Shown here in pieces: positions 31,017 to 46,079 of a stretch of 64,000 nucleotides of DNA; the stretch's first letter is position 1; the number at the start of each line of letters is the position of its first letter. Where the stretch lies: NCBI RefSeq assembly GCF_009914755.1, contig NC_060927.1. One strand, written 5' to 3'. The translations under genes and the position numbers were made by a program. This DNA is from the human T2T-CHM13v2.0 reference genome, Homo sapiens. The notes below the pieces were generated by a model that was not told where the DNA came from, did not search any database, and saw only the letters and a program-made list of their open reading frames with translations.

Positions 31017-32046
31017 GAATTAAGGTTTATTCTTAAAACAAGAAAAAGAACATGTGGCAAAAAAAGCAACTATTGAACATATCTTAGTCCAAGATAAACA
31101 CATTTAAAAATGCAGAAGAAATATGAAATTAGACAATAAAAGTGAGACATTGCTTGGGAAACTACTTAGCCATTGATCAGAGAGACTCTTTTCTTGATAG
31201 GTCAGAAATTAACCAATCAATATTTGTATAAGGCAGTGAAGGAAAGATTTACAGCTTGTATAAACAGACATCAGTCAGAATGGTTTTTCAATAATTTTTG
31301 TTTTCTATTCAAAACAATATTGACACATAATCAAATATCACTCACACTGTTTGCATGGCCCTTTCTTGTGAGAGTCCTTTTCTTTTATTGTTTCAAATTT
31401 CCCAACAGTGGCAACCCCTGACCCACATCTAATTACAGGAGAGATGGACAAAGAAGGGCTTGTTCACAGTTAGTGCTTCACTGGAGCTGAGATGATCTTC
31501 CTCACTCTTTCGCACAGAACGTGATTGTTAGTGACAATATACAAATGCTACTTTTCCGGTTTTATTTGGGGCAGTGAAATGTGCATTACACTTTCCTCCA
31601 ATAGAAATGATTCAGCAGCAAGCAGAAAATCTTATGATGTGGGGCAAGATGTGCAGAATCTGAAGAACGCTTCATGTTCTCGTTACTTCCCGTGTTTAAT
31701 GTTTATATTTCTTAAGAGAAAAACACCCCAAACCTTGTGTGCAGTAGCTCCATGTCCATTTCTTTTCCCAGATGAAGGATTATCCCTTGACAGGCCAATG
31801 AAACTTGGCCTCAGAAACAAAATATTCCAAGGCTTCCTTGGCATGACGCAAAGGGCTGAGATTAAGAAAGAGCATACATATTCACAAAAGAAAAATGTGA
31901 TATGCCGGATCTATGAAAAAGAGCTGGGTAAAATTATAATAAATGGTAAAATATTCCTGAGATCCTGTGATACTAAAGTTATTCACTTTTCTTTCATTTA
32001 ATAATAATTCATAATAATCTATTATATATAAGGTACTGTATTAATA

Positions 32047-32307
32047 TTACGTTGGTTCAAAAGTAATTGTGGGTTTTGCCATTACTTTTAATTGGCATTT
32101 AATGGCATTTGCCATTACTTTTAATAGGTGTTTAATATTGGCAATATCTTAATTGGCATTAATATTACATTGGTGCAAAAGTAATTGTGGGTTTTGCCAT
32201 TACTTTTAATGCCATTGCGGGTCTTGCCATTACTTTTAATTGGCATTTAATGGCATTTGCTAGTACTTTTAAAGGCAAATCCCACAATTACTTTTGCACC
32301 AACCTAA
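32047..32307. mobile_element. Expanded/rearranged MADE1 (Hsmar1 MITE)
   Basis: Two left TIRs TTGGT(T/G)CAAAAGTAATTG at 32047 and 32165, one right TIR CAATTACTTTTGCACCAACCTAA ending at 32307, repeated TTGCCATTACTTTTAAT. Confidence 0.9.
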
Positions 32308-32309
32308 TA

Positions 32310-32500
32310 TAAGTAACTAATATTTATTGAGCGTTTACTGTGTGTGAAGCACTACACTATATATTTTACACACATTATATCAAAGATATTATGAATAATA
32401 ATTATAGGTATTATTATTATTATTATCCCCATCTTACAGAAGAAAAATAGGAAGCTAAAGAGGTTAAATAACTTGTCATATGTGGCAGTGCTGGGATTTA
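32310..32500 (-). mobile_element. MIR
   Basis: TATTTATTGAGCGTTTACTGTGTG...ATTATCCCCATCTTACAGA...AGAGGTTAAATAACTTG. Confidence 0.7.
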
Positions 32501-35247
32501 TTTTTTTCTATTATACCACAAGACCCACCTAAAAACATTTCAAGATTGAAGGAATACAGATATTGAGAGTGCCAAACAAAGCATAAATCAATACTTTGTT
32601 AAGGTAAATATAAATCATTTTTTAGTTAGCCATCTAAATTTCATTTGAGGTCAAAAGCATAAATATTAAAGTACTTTTGCCGTTGACAGTAATGTTTCCC
32701 AATCTCATCGGTAGCCCCTGCCAACAGCCAACGTCATGATAAATTTTACAGGGGGTAACAGGAAAACTATCATTGTTTTGGTCAGTGTGGAAATTTTCCT
32801 GCTGGCTCTTCAGTTGCAGCCTTTGACAGTGAAGTTACCTCTCAAGTCTAAAAGGCCTAAAGTCTGTAAAATACCCCAAACTGGGATTTTTCCTGTGTTT
32901 GACAAACAATAGCTAGGAGTTGCAGCTACTCAGTTCTATTTTAACTTCTGTGGTAGTGAACTTAACTGTGATCATTTCATAAAAACATTTGATTATTGAT
33001 TTACTTATACAATAAACTCGTACTGAGTACTTATTCATGTAATCGACATGACAGGGTATTTTGTTCATTTCTTTAAATATAGTCATATATAACCAAAGAA
33101 AATATAACCAATAGTAGTTTGCATATTTACCTTGGGCAACTATAGCATGTTTAGGGCCATTTCTATGACTCAGTTCACATATGCTCTAAGGAAGACATGT
33201 GAAGAGTATCTGTAACTATTCCCAGGTCCTCTGGATACCTCAGACATTACTAAAGAGGGTTAAATGCCTTTTTCACTATGTTTAACCCTAGTCCCATGTG
33301 CATGCTTCGTATAGTTTGTGTTAAAAGAATAATAATAAATCTGTTGGATAAATGAGCTTTATATCATTTCAAACTTTTATAGGACACCTTTAATAAAAGA
33401 ACAGTATTCTGTGGATCAGAGGTTCTGATTCTACTACTGACAATATGCCAACCCCACCATCTGTCTATTTAAACAAGCCATAGTAACTGACTGCTTCCAT
33501 GAGAGTCAGTGGAACTGAATGGATGGTAAGAGTGTTAACGGATAGTACCTGATGTTCGTTAGTATAGCCCCAGTGACTTTCAGCTCATTTCTGAAAATAG
33601 AATGAACAAATAAACCAGGCCTTTCACCAGATAGCCCATGATGAAGAAGCAGGCTTTTAGAGACAATGCTGGGAAGTGTTGGTGAATGGTCCAACCCCTG
33701 CAGACCCAGGAACTATGGAGAAGATTAAAAAAAACTCTGGGACCCTGCTTCAGAATGGGTTCAGAAGTTCCAGCAGGGATGACAGAGTCCAGGGACTAGA
33801 TGGCTCCATCTAATGAGCAGACTGAGAGATAAAACTGACTTTGGTCAGCAAAAGAAAGTACAATAATCACAATGTACCTGTGATCCTGGGAGAATAAAGA
33901 TAGATGGGCCAGATGGAGGCTTCCAAAAGAAGTAAATAGTTAAGGCCCCCTGCTTCATGAGCAGTTGAAGTATTCTTAGAGGGAGTCTGACAGCAGTGCA
34001 CTTCATGGACCTGTGCAAGCAAATAAAGTCTTAGTCTGGGCTTGGGAGGAAAATGCCAGACTTTAGAGGCATAACTACAAATAGCACACAAGGTCAGGGC
34101 AGGACACAGCAAGGATAGACTAATGTTGAGTCTGATAGTCACGAAATTTCCCAAGAAGAGCTCTTAAAATCACCCTGCTGTTCACTCCTTATACTAGTCC
34201 TCAGAGTCTGTGACAGCCTTTTGCTCAGAGAAAATCCATTTATTTAATTCTATTTTTAACACTTTCCTTCAACTCCTAAGCTATCTATAGCCAATATTTT
34301 CAAATGGTTCTACATATGACTCCTTTGAATAAGAATCAATGAACAAAATGTAAAATGGTGACAAGATCACTTAAGCCTTACCTTAGCAGTCTAGTGATGG
34401 CACAGATCCCAAGATCACCTGGCTCCCTCCCCTCATTTTACATGCAAAACACTAAGGAACTGGGAGGTTGAATGACTTCTTTGACATAGCACAACTGGTT
34501 AACATTTGAACTAGAATCTATGTCAGGAACTCATGCCTAGTACGTACTTTCTGTTTCCCTGCACAGTGATTCCCCCATTTTGCTCTCCTTACTTACTATT
34601 TCCTTTGTTGCTCAAGACTTCATGAAACAATATTCTTATGAGAGTGTACTTCCCAAATAGCTTGCTTACTAGTTCTCTCTTAATGAAATCAATGTCTTAC
34701 TTGTTGGACTTCTGAATCTTGCTTGTTATTGCTAAAAACAAAACAAAACACAAATGTAATGTCCAATGGATTTATACATTTATAAGCCTATATGACTCAA
34801 AAATTGCCAAATATGATTTATGTGTGATTGACACTATTAATGACCAATGACATTTCAAAAATCTTTAAGTGACCTTATCAATAAGGGATATGAAATTTGA
34901 TAGGATACAGAAAACTCAAGAAATTCAAATTAAATGAAAGGCAGAGATGTAAAAATGCAGTGAAAATGATCCAAGTAGGCATTCCAGCTCAGCCACTAAT
35001 TAATTCTGCGACCTCTGTCAACTCACTTAACTTCTCTATGGCCTAGATTACATACCTGTCAAAAACAATTTTTTAACAAGTTGAAATTGTTGAATTGAAT
35101 AGCCTAAAAAATTCCTGAATAAATGAAGCCTCCAGAGCTCCATATAGACTGTACTCCAATTATTAGCAATAATAAGGTCTAAGATATAAGCATGGCTTAT
35201 GGACAGAAAAGTCTGTGTGATAACAGCTAACTTAAAGAACAATAACC

Positions 35248-35760
<513 letters not shown>

Positions 35761-35909
35761 CTCTGGTGATGGGTAACCTGACAGATTTAGGTAGCTGGTC
35801 ATGGCAGAGATTAAGAGACCCTGATGGTCTTTTGAGGTAAAGTGGATAATAAGTTCTGACAACAGCATCTTTCCTAAGGCTGGTTTCTCAGTTTATAGTA
35901 GTAAGTTGC

Positions 35910-36710
35910 CAATATTCACCCAGGTGCTTAAGCTAAAAATCAAAGAATCATTATTGATGTTTGCCTTTCTTTCACCCCATAGCCCATTAGCAGGTCTTAT
36001 TAGGTTTGCCATCAAAATAAATCCAGAATCCAACCATTTCTCACCACTCTACTACTACCACTTAGTGCATGTCCATCTTCATCATCACCAGGAATATTGC
36101 AATTGCCTCCCTATTGGCTTTCCTGCTTTTCTACTTACCCTTCTATAGTCTCATCTCCTTATAGCATATGAGTAATCATTTTTAAAACATGGGGTAGATC
36201 ACATCACCCCTCCCCCTACTCAAAATCTTCAGTGACTTCCCATCAAATTTTGAATAAAATACTACATGATCTAGCCTGACTACCTCTCTCATCTCATCCT
36301 TACCCACTCTCCCTAACTTACTCCACTAGCTTTCTGGCTGTTCTTCAAATATGTGAACTCACCCCCACCTCAGGTCCCGTGAACTGGCATTTCTATTTGC
36401 CTAGAATGTTCTTCCCAAGGACATTTATACATTTGACACCTTCACATCATTCAGACCCCTGACTAAATGTCTCTTCCACAAAGAGCAATTCCTGACTACC
36501 CTCTCTAAAACAACTCAGCCCTTCAGTCACAATCCCCACACCTCAGACTTCATTTCTCTTCATAGCATTTGCAGTTACCTGAAATTACATTCAAAATGTA
36601 TTTGATAATAACCTTGAGGATACAGGCCTAGGGTACCTTTTTAACTGCTTTACCTTCAGTGCTTGGACAGTGGCAGCTATAATAGTAAATGCTCAATTAA
36701 CCAAGTGAAT
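35910..36710 (+). mobile_element. L2 3' fragment
   Basis: CCAGAATCCAACCATTTCTCACC, GATCACATCAC, GCCTAGAATGTTCTTCCC, AAATGCTCAAT. Confidence 0.65.
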
Positions 36711-38871
36711 TAATTCCTCCGAGCTCCATCATTTTTTGATACCATGATATTCACAGGACCTGACCCTGTCAGATTCTGAATAGACTTCACCACTCATCTA
36801 TCTTAGGGCAGACTACTTGGAATTGGTGGCCCATAACAGCACCTTTCTTAAGGAGGTAAATGCTCCACCTGCAGTAGCACTCCTCTCTCGTTTTCTCTTT
36901 TCCTGGTATGGCGTGAGGAGGCTTTGCTGTTTTCTCTTTCCTTTGAGGTAGACACATTTTTTCATTTCTCATTATTCAGTTTGTTTTTGTCATGGAATAT
37001 ATTTTGCTATCTAAATAAAGCTTCCTGAAGTCTTTGAACTTCTGTGGTGATGTTCTGTATTCTTTCCTACCAAAATATAACTGCTATATATCTGTTAGAT
37101 GAGAGTTAACTCATTAGCATTAAACACTAAGATAATTACTGCATTAAAATCTCCTGCCATGTGGAGATGTAGAAATGAAAGCTGCCCCCTGCTTCCTCTG
37201 CTCATCACAACCTCTGGAAACTTTTCTAGGCTTCCCTGAGAATTTTTGTTAAGTAACAAACACAACCTGTGCAGCAGTCTTTTATTCTCTATTCATCATT
37301 AAAAGTGAGAAGTTGCTGGCTAGGACTGAAGTTTGTTAGCTCAGATGGAAACTTTGGAATAATTACTGATATCGTGTATTGTTAAAACCTGTGCTAAATT
37401 AGGTGGCGTGCATACATAATGTATGGAAAGGTAAGGCTGCTGCTTCCACAAACCCGACTTCTTCATAAAGAAAAATCAAATAGATTAAACACAGCTAACA
37501 GAGAGAAGTTGAAAAAGAAGCCCTTATTTCCAGTGATCATTCAGGAAAGGGCCTTAGAAGATTCCGTTCACATGCTAAAAGCATCCATTCCTCACTTAGA
37601 CATCTACAGAAATAAGGAAAATTTAGTGAGTTAAAGGACAATATACTGGATGTAACCCATTTTTCTTTTTATTAAATATCCCACTGCAACATCTAGGATT
37701 TGACATCCATATGTACAGGCAATAATAAAACTAAAATTTTCTACACTGGCTGATATCTCAGTTCAACCACAACAGTTAGCTCTCAATTTCCAAAACAGTA
37801 TGAAAAGCAATAGTCTTTTTATTTGCTAACCAGAACTGTGAATTTAATCCTCTAGAAATAGATTTGAAGTTGTGCTCTCTTGCTTACCTTCTACTGTGAT
37901 TAGATCTATATATTTTAAACTGTATTTGGAGGATAGAGTAAAATTTCTGTGACTCTGTCATTAAAATAAGTAACACAAAGGTAAAATATGATCACAATGA
38001 GCCAAGGAATTAAAGTGAGATACATAGTAATTCATGCAAAGGGCAAGATAGTTTCTCTGCTGTTAGCTTCAAAGGTTGTAGGTAATAAATTAAAAACTAT
38101 AAGCAAATTTAAAGAATTAAAAGAAAAGCAAATAACTCTTGAGACTGATTTAGGTAGGTAATTTATCACTTCTTTATATCTCTCCCAGGAGATTAACTAG
38201 AGAAACTGTGGATATTGTATCAATGAGTGACATTCAAAATATTTTACAACGAACATGGCACCAGCACCAATCTAATACAGCAGACTCCAGCCCGAATGAG
38301 GAAGTAGGTCCCCGAGTGCCTCTTTTGCAGCAGGCATCAACCATTTAGTTGCTGATTATGGGGGGCTCTGGTGGGTTCTGGGAAAGGGTCTAGGGCAGCC
38401 AAGGCAGAGGGAAGACTAGGGAGGACCCACTCAGAGATTTTGCTGCAGAAACTCTTTACCAACGTAATGAAAGATTTTCAGTATTTTTAACACTTGGAAG
38501 AACCATACAGTGCATTACCCCTGGTGCCGTCATGAGCTTTGAGGAACTGAGGAAGGAGGAAAGGAAGAGAAAGGAGGAGCAATGAACATATCGTTTCCTC
38601 TAGAATAATTTACCTTTCACTTCTCTTCCCTTAGTGAGATCCTACTCATCTTATGGATCTCAATTCACATGTCATATATGAAGTCAAATTCCTCACTACC
38701 AACAGAAACCTCTGCCCTACTTCTCATTCCCCTCTCTCTGTAAGTATACATGTATGTGTGTGGTCATTTGCTTACTCTCTCTTTTTCACACTAGACTCTA
38801 AGGCCCTGAGCACAGGGACCTTCTCTTTTTGCTCAACATTTTCTTCCTAGCAACTAGAAAAATATTCGATG

Positions 38872-39158
38872 CCAGCACTTTGGGAGGTTGAGGTGGGCGG
38901 ATCACGAGGACAGGAGTTCAAGACCAGCCTGACCAACATAGTGAAACCCCGTCTCTATTAAAAATACAAAAAGAAATTAGCTGGGTGTGGTGGCATGCAC
39001 CTGTAATCCCAGCTATTCAGGAGGCTGAGGCAGGAGAATCACTTGAACCCAGGAGGCAGAGGTTGCAGCGAGCCAAGATCATGCCACTGCACTCCAGCCT
39101 GGGTGACAGAGCAAGACTCCGTCTCAAAAAAAAAAAGAAAGAAAGAAAGAAAAAAAAA
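38872..39158 (+). mobile_element. AluS (Sg/Sc-like), slightly 5'-truncated
   Basis: Alu dimer starting at CCAGCACTTTGGGAGG; (GAAA)n tail. Confidence 0.9.
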
Positions 39159-40459
39159 TATGTGATGCACAACAAGAATTCTTAATAAACGAATGAATGG
39201 AAAGCTTAGTTTGGTTTTTTAAATTTACATGCTACATAAGGCAAAATAAAAGATCAATTAAACTGACTTCGTTATTATTAGTCCACTCACAGTAAGGGAG
39301 AAAGTTCTGCAAGTAAAAAAAAGATAATAATAAAAATATCTAGCATTTATTGAGTTTTCCTATAGGTTAATCACTGTGCTAAGTGTTTCAAATACTGTCT
39401 GTCAAACAGCAGAGGCTGAACTCTTAATCTCTACCTATTTTTCTTCTCATGTTTAATCCATTTTATGTGGGTAAGCTGGCAGATATTTTGTGCTTCTGTA
39501 CAGGATTGGATTAGGTATGCATAAGAACCAAAGTAATGCATTATAAGAAAAGAGATAACTTAAGAAAAACTGCGTCAGACTTTTTCAGGTTATCTATTCC
39601 ATGAGCAGATGGTATACTTCTGAGGAAATATCAGGATATATTAAAGAAAACGTTTAGGCAACTGATGTTTATGTGGGTGCCGATTTCTGGCTACAGCAGA
39701 TGCCTGTTGCTTCCTGACATCTGCCATATTCCACTCTAAGTACCAAAAAAACATACAGCTGACAAAGTTGCATAGATAATGGCTTTGCATATCAATAAGT
39801 TGTGCTAGCTAGTCCTACAAGGCATTATCTAACCAGGAACTCAAAAGCTGAAGTTGATCTCTCAGATACCGTATAACAATAGAAAGAACACAGACATTGG
39901 AATTAAACAAGCCTGAGCTCACTATCTTGGGCCTCCCATTTACATGCTAGGTAATTTTGAAAAATATTTTTAACCTCACAGAACTTAAGTTTCTTTATTG
40001 GTAAAATAATTTAGTAATGTTTAACCTGCTGGTTGCCACAAGATTCAAATACACATAAGTGCCTGAAAAATCCTAGGCACTTAATAAATGCTAGCTAAAT
40101 GTCTAAACTACACCAAAATTTGATCTTGTAGAAATGTGTGTTGATGGTCTGATGAAACAGAATAAAATAAATGTTAAATCTGGAGGTTTTGAGTGTAGGA
40201 CTGGGCCTATGAGCGGCACAGGCTTGAAACCGAAAGAGGAATAGAAAGAGCTGGCATCTATTCTTGGGTCGAGATATCCACAGACATAAAGGCAATCTCA
40301 CTTTGCAGCACTCCCTTGGAAAACGGCTCAGAGGAGATGAACAGTAGAGAGAGAAGTGGGGCTGCCAAGAGAAAAGCTGAAAAGGGAATCGTAGAGGATG
40401 GGCTCTGAGGCTAGTTTGACTACTGCTTCTTCTGTGGTATAAAACTTCAAGTGACAAAT

Positions 40460-40930
40460 TGTAGTGTTATAATTAAGGCTCACAGGAGAAAGCGGATTAA
40501 CTGAGACAATGGCCCATTGCGTGGTAAAACCAAAGGAATTCTCTAAGAGGCCTCTAGTCAGAAAGGATGGAAGCTCCCCTTAGAGGTCAACCCTCAGAGA
40601 AAGTATGGGAGCTCAAGTAGATTTCCTCCCCACACCAAACCCCCAGGCTCATATGGCCGGTAACCAGAGGTCTGGGAGCATCTACAGGAAGGCAGCAAGT
40701 CCCTACTTCTGCTAGATGGACAAAGTCTGAGGTTACACCTCCTGAAGCCAGGAGGAAAGTTCATTTTCTTCTTGTCTTCTAATTGCCCAGGAAAAAACTC
40801 TAAGGAAATTCAGATCACTGAGTTAACGCCTCTGCTAAAATCTCTGCTTGGTTCAGAACCATATTGTTTGCTGCAACTGATTAATTGTATATGCAGTTAA
40901 GTTTTCCCTTTTAGGAATTAGCATACCATG
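40460..40930. mobile_element. Possible old ERVL-type LTR
   Basis: Starts TGTAGTG..., LTR-like size and composition; family not recognised. Confidence 0.25.
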
Positions 40931-41079
40931 TCTAAAAAAAAACCCTTAATTAATTGTGCCCCACACCAATTGATTATTATTGGGTTCACCGTCTTCATCC
41001 ATCCCAATCATTAGACACTTATAAATAAGAGTTTTGCTTAATACTATGGGGATCATATGTCTAAGATCTGTTAAGAAAA

Positions 41080-41437
41080 TGTGACGGTTAATTTTATCTG
41101 TTAACTTGCTTAGGCCATGGTACCCAGATTTGGTGAAACACCACTCTAGATGTTGCTGCGAAGGTATTTTTTTAGACAAGATTAACATTTAAATGAGTCA
41201 AGCAGATTACCCTCCATAATGTGAGTGTACCTCATCCAATCATTTAAAGGCCTCAAGAGGAAAAGAAGACTCATATCTCACAAGGAAGAGGGAACTCGGC
41301 CTCCCTATTGCCTTTGGAGTTGAGTTGAAACATCACCTCTTCCCTGGGTGTCTCCATCTTGCCAATCTGCCCTGCAGACTTTGGACTTGCCAGCCCCCAC
41401 AATCATGTGAGCCAATTCCTTAAAATAAACCTCTCTC

Positions 41438-41487
<50 letters not shown>

Positions 41488-41520
41488 ATTGGTTCTGTTT
41501 CTCTGGAAAACTCTAATACA
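41080..41520 (+). mobile_element. MLT2 (ERVL) solo LTR with (CA)n
   Basis: TGTGACGGTTAATTTTAT...GAGCCAATTCCTTAAAATAAA...CTAATACA. Confidence 0.9.
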
Positions 41521-41589
41521 GAAAGCTTTTAAAGTTGGGGACTGGTAGTGTTGCAAAAAGGGAGTCTTTTAAAGTGTTATAATCCAGGC

Positions 41590-41880
41590 CAGGGGTCAGT
41601 CAACTTTTTCTGTAAAGGGCCAGATAGTAAATATTTAAGGCTCTGCACATCATAAGATCTTTGTAGCAACTACAAAGCTCTGCTATTGTAGCACAAATGG
41701 GTATGGCTGGGTTACAATAAACTTTTACTTATGGACACTGAAATTTGAATTTCATATAAGTTTCACATGTCACAAAAAAGCTTTCTTTTTATTTATTTTT
41801 TGAAGTTTTAAAACGTAAGAATTATTCTTATCTCACAAGCCATAAAATAACAGTCCACGGGCCACAACTTGCTCTCCCTG
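41590..41880 (+). mobile_element. MER58-type hAT DNA transposon
   Basis: CAGGGGTCAG..AACTTTTTCTGTAAAGGGCCAGATAGTAAATATTT ... CCCTG termini. Confidence 0.8.
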
Positions 41881-42549
41881 GTCTAAGGTGACAACTCTTA
41901 AACTATAATCTTTGGCTTCCTGAGAGCTGCAAGGTTCCCTGTGGTAGGATCTGATTCAAAATTGTGAGTTCTTTCTTTGGTGGTGAAGGATTGAATAAAT
42001 GAGACAAGTGCTATATACTTATTTTTATGTACTATAAACTACTTATTAGTAATCTAATAATGCTTAATAAAACTAAATGGTTTATTAAGCATTACTTAAA
42101 TTTGGCTATAAAAACTAAAACCAACTTAATGCTAGAATTTTTCTCCACCTCTGAACCTGTTTAGCTTTAACAATACAAAGATTACATGTTATATTCCCTA
42201 AATTACTTCACAGACATTATATACCATCATAACCATAACATACTATACTTTTATTCCACATCACTTACCATAGTTGTAATTAATTAAATTGTTTAAAGTC
42301 TGTTGCTCTCAGTAGACTCTACACTTCATAAGGTCAGTAACCATGTCTTTTTTTTCACCAACATGAACCCAGCCCATAGTATGTCTTGTACATTATGCAA
42401 ATATATATATATATGTCTATGTGCATATATATACATATACATGTCCATACTTGTGGGCAAAAAGAATGAGTGAATGAATTGCTTCTGGTGTTAACTGCTG
42501 CAATTCTTACTTTTTAATTATATAGAAGTTATTATATAGAAGTTTTCAC

Positions 42550-42874
<325 letters not shown>

Positions 42875-44161
42875 TTAGGTTCAACATGATCAATCCAGTT
42901 TATTGGTGATTACTTGATTACCCTATTGTTTATAATGATGAATGTTTGTACCAGTAGTATTTGGGGTCTATAATTCTGCACTGGTCTTTAAGAAAAGTAC
43001 GAAATGTGTTTCTGAGTTATTCATATTTCCATTGTTAAAACAGCCATATAAAATTTACTCCTGGGATGTGGGAGGAGTAGTAGCAGTTAACAGAGATCTT
43101 TATTGTTACCTCCAACTTCTTATTCCACTGGAAAATAGGCAAAAGTTTGACAGCATTGTATTTGCAAGAAATGTTAATGACAGAGGCATATCTCACTTAG
43201 TTGAAACCCTTTGATTCAGGGGTCCATGGACGTTTGGTTTTTATAAATTGTTTCTTCTTTACCACAAGGCTACACATTTGGAACACTTCTGCTAAGCCTC
43301 ACCTCAGCTCCACTTAAGGTGATAGAACTTGTGCTAGCTGTTTCCAAAGCAAAATGTGAGAAGACAGGAGTCCCAAGATAATACTTCCAAATCATTAGGT
43401 CTCTGTGTGTTTTGTTTTTACAGACATGCATGTACAAACAGGAGCTGCAGGGGTAATGGTGCAGATCTTCGTGTCTTAAAATCTGGGCCTACTGTGAGAT
43501 AGGAGAAAGGCTTCCGTGGAAAACGTCAGGACCACTGATCTGTACTCAACAGCTCCAGATACAGATTTGATCTAATTAACTTCAGTATTTCTATCACTTA
43601 ATCAAGAAAGATCCAATTCCAGCAACTCTAATTTTAAACTGTTTCACTAAGGGCAGCATTAAGGTAATTTAGGTAAAAACAAAATTTAAACAAAACAAGG
43701 AAAGGGAATGTTAATTACTTCAGGGAAATGTATTAACCTCCCTGTTCATTGAATGTTCAATGGTTATTTGTTGTAATTGCTCTTTAGTGACTACTTATTG
43801 TGCACATTAGGCAAGCTGCTCTTTAGAATTGCTGATTTGGAGATAAGAGGAAAACTGCAAAACTACCAACAAGTTCACCAGGCATAAAGATTCCTGAAAC
43901 CCTTTATGTTCTTTAGGCTTTTAGCAACTTCTGCACCAAGTTATCAATGAATCTAATGACCCAGTTCTGCCAAACCCCAATCTGCTACTCTGATATGTAT
44001 TCAGAATTTAATCTGCAAGTTTTGCATAGGTTGGCCCAATTTGCAAAGTTCAAAGAGGTGGCTAAAATTGTTCCTGAGTCTGTAACAACTCTTCGAAAAG
44101 AGATAATCTTGTCAAGCTGTGATGTCTAGTTATCGCAAGAAAAAACTTAAGGAAAGGAAGC

Positions 44162-44162
<1 letters not shown>

Positions 44163-44197
<35 letters not shown>
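44163..44197. repeat. (TG)n microsatellite
   Basis: Read directly. Confidence 0.95.
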
Positions 44198-44200
<3 letters not shown>

Positions 44201-45357
44201 AAGTGTGCAAGTGTTTGGAAAAGGAAGTGCTGCTTGAATTAAAACTGTTTTTGTATTTTCCTTATTTTAGAGGAAGAACATTCTAGTATGTCCCTTCCAT
44301 CCCCCACACACCCACCCCCCACACACACACAAAAAAAGCCTGCTCAAGTCTTGCCTTCTGTCTTTAGCCTAGCTTCTACAACATAACATCTCTCAGAGAA
44401 GCTTTCCGCCTCTCCACTGATCCAGAGCCTATCTGTTTTTTCAATTCCAGATCAAGCCCTCCCCCATCCAACTTCTTCCTGAGTTGCCTTCCAAATGTAT
44501 CAGTCTATATCAATTCCCCTTTTCTCTAAAGCAACATTGTCTCTGTCTCTCATATATCTTATTTCTTGGTTGTTTGCTTTTACTGAGCTGTTTCACTTCT
44601 CCACTTCTCCACCTCCCCATAATCAAGAGTATAAACTCCAGGAAGACTAGGACAGTGCTTCATTTCCTTTCAAACTAAGGAGAGAAGTGTTATAGGAGCT
44701 ATTCATAGGGTCTTGTAAGTACACTAACAGAAATGGGGGAGTCAGGAAAACCTCCATGGGAGACACCCCAAAGCGACATTCTCTCATACCTAGCTAGGCC
44801 TCTCTGTTCAACCCAACGTTCTAGCAAAGGCTCTGGCTCTTTTTGTCTTCTTTCTGCCTATACTTACCTCTTTTTTTGAAAGCAGATTCCCCTAATACTC
44901 AATCATTTTGCTTTTGCATCATTGATGAAACTTCCTTCCTTTCTTTCTTGCAAGAGCAGAAAGAACTGAGCTAAAAACAAGTCTGCTGTAGGTTTAATGA
45001 TCTCTGCTGTATTTTTATTTTTCTCTTATATGTCTATATTATATATGCTGTGGTACTATTGCATATGGATTGGTTCCAGGTCACTGGTTGGCAAACCTAA
45101 ACTCCAATTTTCAAATGGTATTTTACTTGCAGACTTCACCATCTGTTGAGCAAGTATGTTATTTGTGTCAGAACAGATAAATAAATAATAACACAGCAGA
45201 CCTACCACCTAGGGGTTTGTGTGTTCTGCAAGCAAGCGGTAGCATTATACCTACTTTATGAGTAGGTGGCTGAGGATGTAGAAATTTTGTGTATCTAAAA
45301 AGCATAGAAATGACCTTTTAGGGTTTTTTTTTTTCTAAATTAGAAAAGGGGCTTTCT

Positions 45358-45836
45358 CACTCGAATAGTACACATCAATGTTCACAGCAGCATTATTCAC
45401 AATAGTGAAAGATGGATGCAACCCAAGTGTCCATCAATAGATGGATAAACAAAATATTGTGCATACATACGATATATTATTAGCCTTAAAAAAGAAGGAA
45501 ATTCCAACACACACAACCTAGATGAACCTTGAAGATATTTTGTGAAGTGAAAATAAGTCAGCAACAAAAGGACAAATACTGTATGATTTCATTTATATGA
45601 GGTACCTAACGTTGTCAAATTCATTGAGACAGAAAGTAGACTGGTGGTTGCCAGGGGCTGGGAAAAGGGAGGAATGGGGAGTTAGTGTTTAATGGGTCTA
45701 GGGTTTCAGTTGGAGGAGATGAAAAAGTTCTGCAAATGATGGTTGCACAGCCATGTCAATATACTTAAGGCCGTAAACTGTACACTTAAAATGGTTAAAA
45801 TGGTAAATTTTGTTATGCACATTTTAACACAATAAA
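45358..45836 (+). mobile_element. L1MB 3' end
   Basis: ATGTTCACAGCAGCATTATTCACAATAG...ACTTAAAATGGTTAAAATGGTAAATTTT; flanked by AAAAGGGGCTTTCT / AAAAGGGGGCCTTTCT (probable TSD). Confidence 0.85.
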
Positions 45837-46079
45837 AAGGGGGCCTTTCTTGATCAATGTCAGTAATACTTTTTTTCCTCAAAAATAATGGAAAAATGAA
45901 TGAGCAAGTAAACGTGGGATCCTGCCCATCTCTTCACTTGGCTCATCCTAGCCTCGCTGTTTCACTGATTGGTTATATAAATAATTTCTACTTCAGGTAT
46001 TTAATAAAAACAATAAGTAAGCCATCTAGGAAATGGATTTCAACACCATTTTAATACTTTAAACTTTTCTTTAAATTGG

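Noticed and set aside
31525-32001. 158-aa ORF in non-repeat DNA
   Set aside because: Non-ATG start, no recognisable domain and no supported exon structure; consistent with chance
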